This document shows positions 26,739 through 31,538 of a stretch of DNA of 31,538 bases, piece by piece. The position numbers were made by a program, and so were the translations under genes. Position 1 is the stretch's first letter, and each line of letters opens with the position of its first letter. Source of the DNA: Pseudomonadota bacterium (lineage in GTDB: Bacteria; Bdellovibrionota_G; JALEGL01; DATDPG01); the NCBI GenBank assembly GCA_043804515.1, contig JAZDIZ010000176.1, positions 1 to 31,538 of the forward strand, written 5' to 3'. The notes beneath the pieces are model-generated. The model had not been told where the DNA came from, ran no database searches, and saw only the letters and a program-made list of their open reading frames with translations.

Positions 26739-28697
26739 TCAAGGGTTGAGGATGTCGTGGATTTCCTGGCCGAGTTCCTGCCGCGCGCTCTCCAACGCCA
26801 CGGGGTCGCGCGTCCACGTGTGCCAGTCTTGTCCCACGGTGCGCGCTACATTAAGTGCGAAATCACTCTGGCCGCGCTCCTTGAGGATCTGGATGTAGTC
26901 GTAGTCGTCCACGCCGTCCCGCAACCACTTGAGCCGGATCGACGGCGCCACTCCCGGAATCCCCACCTGCGTTCCCGGATACACGAGTTTCGCCTCGCCC
27001 GGGTAATGGCCTCCGCCCTCGACGTAGTCCACATTGTTCCAGGGATCGTCGGTCCAGACATCAACGCGCCAATAGAGCAGGCCGCTGAGGCCGAGGCTCT
27101 GGTTGATGAATCCCGGCTGGATGCGGAAGTTGATGGGCGCGAAATCGATTTCCCACTTGGGTGAGTCATAGTCCTGTACCAGACAATTGTAGGACCACGC
27201 CATGTCCCCTTTGGCCAATACGTAGTTCACCCGGTCCACCGCCCCGTCGTAGAGCACCGGAAGCATCACCCAGATGTCGACCGCGGAGGCGCCGGTTCCG
27301 GAGCCGTCATCATAGAGTTCAGGAACGGGCGACATCGTGATCAAGTTCTTGAGTCCTGCCTGGTGCATGTTGCGGGCCCACGCCTTGATTGTAGGCGCAA
27401 GGCTGCTGGCGCAGGCGCCGATCTCGTCCGCACTGTAGACGTAGCGGAGCAGATCCGACTGGTGCGCAGCGGCGACTTGTTGGAACGTCGAGACGGACGG
27501 CGCAGGATCCATTGAGCCTACCTTGGTGTTGTAATCACACTTGGAGTTACCCCATGGCCCCGTTTCCGTTGAATTGAGGCCGAACCCGTCAATCAGGGCC
27601 CGTTCCGTTGACGAATCCACGGGGATCGGCATGAGCCGGTTACGCAGCAATTCCTTGTTCTTTGCGGTGCTGGCGGTACCTGTGAACGAGAACGACGATT
27701 TGAGACTGGGTTGAACCGGAAGGTCGAAGCCCCACACGGTCAGGCCCACCGACACATTCGCATTCCCCTCGTTGGCGGTAACGTTGATAGTCCCCGTGTA
27801 CCGGCCGGCCGTGATCCCGCGCGGCACAAAGATGTCGATCCATATCGGCTGGTTGTTTCCGGCGTTAAGCGCGAAGGGGAACGCCGTTAATTCTGCGCCC
27901 GAAAGCGCGGCGCCGGTATCCGGGTCCACGGAGGGAATGAGGCCGTCGGGAAACCATCCGGGCGTGCCCGAGGGGCGATTGGCGCCTCTCCAGTCTGGGC
28001 TCGACTCCGAAATGAAGACATAGTGTTCGCGGAATAGCGTGACGTTCCGCGCGGCGATGACGCTACCTGCCGGCCCGGCCAGACTCGAGGAGGAGACCCG
28101 CACGTTCGTGAGCCCGCCCGTTGGGGCGCGCACGACAACCTGGAACGATTCGTATTCGCCGCGCGCTGCATAGAGCTCCACCTGCGTAAGTGTTCCGGCG
28201 GCATCGCTCGGTCCGACACGCGCGAGGCTGGGAGCGACCCACACGGTGAGGCCACCGGACGGGCACGCGGGCGTGACGGTGCTCGCCGCGGGGCTCTGGG
28301 CCGACTCGTTGTCCGCACTATCAACGGACGATACCGTGTAGCTGTGACCGGTCGAGGCGGCAAGGCCTGTGTCCGACATACTGGTCGCCGGATCCAGCAC
28401 CTGCGTAAGAATCGCGCCGTCACGATAAACGTTGTAGCCCTTGAGTCCGGATCCACCGGTGTCGGTGGCTGCGTCCCAGGAGAAATCGATTTGCGTGCAT
28501 CTTACAGCGGAGGCAGAAAGACCCGTCGGAATGTTCGGAGGAGCTTTGTCCGGTGCCGTGCTGGGGGATGGGTCTTGTTGCCTATCCGGCTGGGTATTGT
28601 CCGCCACCTTAATTTCCTTCGAGCAACCCGCGAACTGGAACGGGGCGCAAGCAAGAAGCGCCAGCGCATAGACGGCGATGTGACGGGCGAAGCGCAT
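26739..28697 (-). CDS. Lipoprotein with FnIII domain and DUF4091 / GH123-like putative glycoside hydrolase domain
   Basis: Lipobox FAGC; FnIII (PTGLSA..FSWDAATD..GYNVYRDG); AARGEYESFQV, QPIWIDIFVP, DE pair in YSADE, GLLYW, LVYPG, SIRLKWLRDGVDDYDY. Confidence 0.85.
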   Translation of the reverse strand: MRFARHIAVYALALLACAPFQFAGCSKEIKVADNTQPDRQQDPSPSTAPDKAPPNIPTGLSASAVRCTQIDFSWDAATDTGGSGLKGYNVYRDGAILTQVLDPATSMSDTGLAASTGHSYTVSSVDSADNESAQSPAASTVTPACPSGGLTVWVAPSLARVGPSDAAGTLTQVELYAARGEYESFQVVVRAPTGGLTNVRVSSSSLAGPAGSVIAARNVTLFREHYVFISESSPDWRGANRPSGTPGWFPDGLIPSVDPDTGAALSGAELTAFPFALNAGNNQPIWIDIFVPRGITAGRYTGTINVTANEGNANVSVGLTVWGFDLPVQPSLKSSFSFTGTASTAKNKELLRNRLMPIPVDSSTERALIDGFGLNSTETGPWGNSKCDYNTKVGSMDPAPSVSTFQQVAAAHQSDLLRYVYSADEIGACASSLAPTIKAWARNMHQAGLKNLITMSPVPELYDDGSGTGASAVDIWVMLPVLYDGAVDRVNYVLAKGDMAWSYNCLVQDYDSPKWEIDFAPINFRIQPGFINQSLGLSGLLYWRVDVWTDDPWNNVDYVEGGGHYPGEAKLVYPGTQVGIPGVAPSIRLKWLRDGVDDYDYIQILKERGQSDFALNVARTVGQDWHTWTRDPVALESARQELGQEIHDILNP

Positions 28698-28868
28698 GGT
28701 GCCCTTACAAGATGCACTATTTAGACCAGAAAACGTAGTGGGCTCTGGCGCGCCAAGCGCTTGAAATCGTTAGACATTGCAATTCGGGACTGCCCAGGCC
28801 CATCGGACACAGATGTGCAAAACCGTGCGCGGTTACGCAAAAAGTTCGCGTATCTCTTGTTGGAGTCA

Positions 28869-28884
28869 AAAAGAGGGACGGAGG
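28869..28884 (+). repeat. Module E core, copy 3 (AAAAGAGGGACGGAGG)
   Basis: 16-nt exact match to 23291-23306 and 24391-24406. Confidence 0.75.
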
Positions 28885-29067
28885 TCGGGGACTGGAAAAT
28901 CCGAAATCCGGCCTTGGAGGTGTAATGCCGGTCCTGGGCCCACCATGTAAGTCAGCGAAATAGCGCGATTGTCTTACTCAATCCGGTCGGCAAGGAATTT
29001 GCGACATCGCCATATGGCACACCCGATTCCGCCGCCTGATTTCCTTCCATCGTGGAACGCGTGACGG

Positions 29068-29096
29068 TTGACAAAGGTAACGCTTGTGTTACCTTT
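29068..29096 (+). promoter_or_regulatory. TA1 promoter with overlapping palindromic operator
   Basis: TTGACA (29068-29073), 16 nt, TGn-TACCTT (29090-29095); perfect 9-bp inverted repeat AAAGGTAAC-N6-GTTACCTTT (29073-29096). Confidence 0.75.
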
Positions 29097-29109
29097 AGAA
29101 AGATGTCGC

Positions 29110-29445
29110 TTGAAGCAAATTCGAAAGTATACGGCCGCCGACGGAACGGTGCCGTTTGAGGAACGGTTGGAGGACTGCGATGAACGGCTTCGGGCAAAGA
29201 TATGCGCATACGTGGACCGCGTGGCTCTGGGGGCCGCGGGAAACGTCAAGCGGCTTAAGAACGCGAGCGGAGTGCTCGAAATCCGGATTGATTGGGGTCC
29301 CGGGTACCGCGTGTACTACGGCGAGGTCGGCAAGAATATGATGCTGCTTCTCCTCGTCGGGACCAAGAAGAGACAGGCAGCGGATATCGGCCTGGCTCGG
29401 GAATATTGGAGGTCATACCATGCGAAGGCATCCATCGTACGATGA
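29110..29445 (+). CDS. Type II TA toxin, RelE/ParE superfamily (addiction module killer/HigB-like)
   Basis: Y...DG..PF, GNVK, GVLEIRIDWGPGYRVYY, LLL..G.K..Q..DI..A..YW pattern. Start uncertain; TTG 29110 chosen because TTG 29068 is the -35 box. Confidence 0.85.
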   Translation: MKQIRKYTAADGTVPFEERLEDCDERLRAKICAYVDRVALGAAGNVKRLKNASGVLEIRIDWGPGYRVYYGEVGKNMMLLLLVGTKKRQAADIGLAREYWRSYHAKASIVR

Positions 29446-29791
29446 ACGACTGGCACGGGAGCTTCGAAGCCCGAGGTTTGCACGCGAATTCCTGATGTCG
29501 CTGATGGAAGGAAAAGAAGGGCTGGATCTGGTTGCCGCGCTCAAACACACGATTCAAAGGATGGGAATCAAGGAGTTCGGCCGAAAGGCGCGGATCCATC
29601 CGAAAAGTATCTCGCGGATGCTTTCGGCTTCCTCGCTCCCGAAACTCGAGACGCTGGACGATTACCTCGCCCCGTTCGGCCTCAAGGTGCGGATTGTGCC
29701 GGTGAGGAGGGCGGCGTACGGGGGCGAATCGACAGTTTCGGCAAAATCGCCTGATCGCCTCGAGGATAGGCCAGGGAGGCGGATCTCCTAA
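29420..29791 (+). CDS. Type II TA antitoxin, HTH (addiction module antidote/HigA-like)
   Basis: GGAGG RBS; AL..I..MGI..FGRKARIHPKSISRMLS...PKLETL...L..FGL HTH pattern; overlaps the toxin by 26 nt. Confidence 0.85.
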   Translation: MRRHPSYDERLARELRSPRFAREFLMSLMEGKEGLDLVAALKHTIQRMGIKEFGRKARIHPKSISRMLSASSLPKLETLDDYLAPFGLKVRIVPVRRAAYGGESTVSAKSPDRLEDRPGRRIS

Positions 29792-29843
29792 TTGGTGTGG
29801 TGTCCCCGGAATTCCGTGTGGTGTCCCCGGAATTCCGGAATTC
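29790..29843. repeat. Tandem GTGTGGTGTCCCCGGAATTCC repeat (GTCCCC-type end)
   Basis: Two consecutive 21-nt copies (29796-29816, 29817-29837) plus a GGAATTC tail; resembles the right arm at 5001-5021. Confidence 0.8.
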
Positions 29844-29892
29844 AGGGCCGTAGCCTCTACGCTGGGCGGAATAGGAGCCATTGTCATGGGGC

Positions 29893-29920
29893 TTGACGTT
29901 TATACTATATTTTGTATACT
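29893..29920 (+). promoter_or_regulatory. TA2 promoter with overlapping inverted repeat
   Basis: TTGACG-16 nt-TATACT; TATAC-N8-GTATA (29901-29918) overlaps the spacer and -10. Confidence 0.7.
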
Positions 29921-29946
29921 TAATCTTGTACCTCACCGGAGGGATC

Positions 29947-30309
29947 ATGTGGGTCGGTGAAGTCGGTCCCCTCCGGGCTGTCGTATGGGAAGGCGATTCG
30001 CGAAGCGTAATCCGCTCGTTTCCCGGCGACGTTAAGGACCGGATGGGTGATGACCTCTTCCGCGTCCAGCAGGGCAAGGAGCCGTTGCGGTTCCGGCCGA
30101 TGCGAAGCGTGGGGATGGGTGTGTTCGAGCTCAAGGATGCCGACGAGCGTGGCTGGTATCGGGTGATGTACTACACGCAAGTGAAGGGACGGATCTACGT
30201 GCTCCACGCTTTTGAAAAGACAACGCGCAAAACGAGCCACCGCGACCTGAATCTCGCGAGGAACCGGCTCAAACGGGTCAAGGAAAGGCTTAGAAAGGGG
30301 CTGATATGA
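29947..30309 (+). CDS. Type II TA toxin, RelE/ParE superfamily (Gp49/HigB-like)
   Basis: GGAGG RBS then ATG 29947; W.GDS...I..FP, L..VQ.G..P..RPM.SVG.GV.EL, YRVMY, IYVLHAFEKTTRKT. Confidence 0.92.
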   Translation: MWVGEVGPLRAVVWEGDSRSVIRSFPGDVKDRMGDDLFRVQQGKEPLRFRPMRSVGMGVFELKDADERGWYRVMYYTQVKGRIYVLHAFEKTTRKTSHRDLNLARNRLKRVKERLRKGLI

Positions 30310-30635
30310 AGCGAAGAACCAAGAAAGACAACGACCGGGAGGGGCCGGAACACATCAGCCGAGGCCCCATCTTTGAGGACATCGGCTTCACCCCGGAGGA
30401 AGCCGCGATTCAAATCGTGAAGTCGCAGATTTACGGCCTTATCGTCGACCATATCAGGAAGAAGAGATACACGCGCCGCCACTTGGAACAGCTGCTCGAC
30501 GAGCCCCAGCCGAGAATCAGCGAACTCATGACGGGCAAGATTTCTCACACCAGCATCGAGAAGTTGCTTAGGTTTGCGGCCAGGCTGGGCCTCCAGGGCG
30601 AACTGCAATTCCGTCACCTGCGGAAAGCTGCGTAA
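30306..30635 (+). CDS. XRE-family HTH antitoxin (HigA-like)
   Basis: G.IFEDIGF..EEA, QPRISELMTGKI...SIEKL; ATGA overlap with the toxin. Confidence 0.92.
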   Translation: MKRRTKKDNDREGPEHISRGPIFEDIGFTPEEAAIQIVKSQIYGLIVDHIRKKRYTRRHLEQLLDEPQPRISELMTGKISHTSIEKLLRFAARLGLQGELQFRHLRKAA

Positions 30636-30655
30636 TTCACTAGGCCGTGGCCCAC

Positions 30656-30690
30656 GGGAATCGGGGAATCGGGGGACACCATACTCATTT
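30656..30690. repeat. GGGGACAC-type end (GGGAATCGGGGAATCGGGGGACACCATACTCATTT)
   Basis: Imperfect inverted copy of 29790-29843 (shared TGGTGTCCCC); resembles the left arm at 4924-4944. Confidence 0.65.
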
Positions 30691-30797
30691 TCTGGAGCCC
30701 GCCCAATGCGGGGTTGCGGGGCTCACCACGTCAAATCTGCGTGCGAGGTGATTACGGGATTCCCCTCGGGTCCTCGCGCTACCCGCGCTCGGCCCTC

Positions 30798-30993
30798 GGC
30801 CCGGCCTCAGCCGCCACCCTAATCCGGGTACCCGGCGGCTTCCGGCCGTCGACGTTGCCGTATTCTTATAGATCGTCTCGAGCGGGTACCCAGCCTTACT
30901 GGGTGCGAGAGACGCTCCTTACAACGCTGGCGACGAAGTCGCCGCATCCCTCCTTAGGGAAGCGACTGCTCATCGAATCGCAGTCGCGACATT
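30798..30993 (-). repeat. Structured intergenic element, copy B (with ~93-nt internal insert), directly 3' of tRNA-Ser
   Basis: Contains GCGACTGCGATTCGATGAGCAGTCGC and CGGCCGGAAGCCGCCGGG...GGGTGGCGGCTGAGGCCGGGCC on the minus strand. Confidence 0.85.
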
Positions 30994-31012
30994 AGATTTC
31001 CGCCAACAAAGT

Positions 31013-31102
31013 TGGCGGAGGAGGAGGGATTCGAACCCCCGATACCCTTTCGGGTATGCCGGTTTTCAAGACCGGTGCCATCAACCGCTCGGCCACTCCT
31101 CC
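31013..31102 (-). tRNA. tRNA-Ser (anticodon TGA), 90 nt, CCA encoded
   Basis: GGAGGAG acceptor pairing with CTCCTCC-GCCA; anticodon arm CCGGT-CTTGAAA-ACCGG; long variable arm ATACCC-GAAA-GGGTAT; T arm GGGGG-TTCGAAT-CCCTC. Confidence 0.97.
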
Positions 31103-31180
31103 GCGGGATAATGGACGGAAAGAATTGTACAGAAAGGAAGCTGCAAAGAGCTAATTATTCGGGGGCTTGGACCGGCGCCC

Positions 31181-31214
31181 CCCTTCGGTCAAAATTCGCC
31201 CCGCGAATTTTGCC
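31181..31214 (-). repeat. Hairpin module F, copy 2
   Basis: Minus strand GGCAAAATTCGCGGGGCGAATTTTGACCGAAGGG; matches 24286-24319. Confidence 0.8.
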
Positions 31215-31217
31215 TTC

Positions 31218-31364
31218 GGGCCCGGCCTCAGCCGCCACCCGCTTTCATCTCGCATTCACCGGCGGGTGCCCGGCAGCTTCCGGCCGTTGAGGCCTTCCGT
31301 AGAGAGGCGACTGCTCATCGAATCGCAGCCGCGATATTGGGTTAGATGCGGAAGGCCTCAATCC
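31218..31364 (-). repeat. Structured intergenic element, copy C, between serS and tRNA-Ser
   Basis: Colinear with copy A; perfect 13-bp outer stem TTGAGGCCTTCCG/CGGAAGGCCTCAA. Confidence 0.85.
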
Positions 31365-31368
31365 ACTG

Positions 31369-31401
31369 CGGCCACTCCTCCGCAGGATAATGAACAGACA
31401 G
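31369..31401 (-). repeat. Duplicate of tRNA-Ser 5' end (13 nt) plus 20 nt of its leader
   Basis: 29/33 identical to 31090-31122, including 15 nt exact (CGGCCACTCCTCCGC). Confidence 0.8.
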
Positions 31402-31444
31402 GAAACAGGGCCAGAGCCTGAAATATCCAATTATTCTAGGACGC

Positions 31445-31538
<94 letters not shown>

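Noticed and set aside
29790..29843. Possible CRISPR array
   Set aside because: Only two adjacent 21-nt copies with no spacers, and no cas genes in the window.
31013..31102. tRNA-Sec or suppressor tRNA
   Set aside because: Anticodon 5'-TGA-3' reads UCA (Ser); tRNA-Sec has anticodon TCA and a longer acceptor stem. This one has a standard 7-bp stem.
31165..31381. Intron-containing or split second tRNA starting at the duplicated 5' end
   Set aside because: No T-loop (TTCRA) arm or complementary CTCCTCC-NCCA 3' half occurs before the intact tRNA's leader.
31012..31430. Short ORFs over the tRNA and repeats (31012-31290, 31167-31421, 31245-31430, and 30714-30995)
   Set aside because: They are translations of the tRNA antisense strand and of the structured repeats.

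Overview
GC-rich bacterial chromosomal window from a diderm; a MYXO-CTERM-like sorting tail suggests a deltaproteobacterium-like host (inference). Left to right: (1) a purine/ureide-catabolism locus with a minus-strand operon GNAT-like ORF > DUF2877 (ylbF/allH-like) > fdrA (allF-like) > DUF1116 (ylbE/allG-like) > cyclase-family hydrolase (cut by the window edge), divergent from an NCS2 purine permease plus adenine/adenosine deaminase, with a stand-alone pyrB nearby; (2) a surface-glycan cluster (two paralogous GT4s, polysaccharide deacetylase, flippase, Wzi); (3) a CoA-binding protein, a Cys-rich lipoprotein and a small beta-barrel; (4) a complete AmmeMemoRadiSam operon; (5) a beta-helix surface protein and two small proteins; (6) an accessory-looking ~8 kb stretch (orphan secreted protein, GT-C plus methyltransferase, FnIII-DUF4091 lipoprotein, two toxin-first type II TA pairs) ending at tRNA-Ser(TGA) and the 3' end of serS. 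The cyclase and serS fragments are missing from the ORF track and were translated by hand. The most unusual signal is non-coding. The intergenic DNA of 23-31.4 kb is a mosaic of repeated self-complementary modules: a ~130-200 nt element in three diverged copies with compensatory base changes, a duplicate of the 5' end (not the 3' end) of tRNA-Ser, and GGGAC/GTCCC-core motifs at gene-module boundaries. No integrase or transposase is present in the window. All family assignments come from motif recognition by eye, not from database searches.
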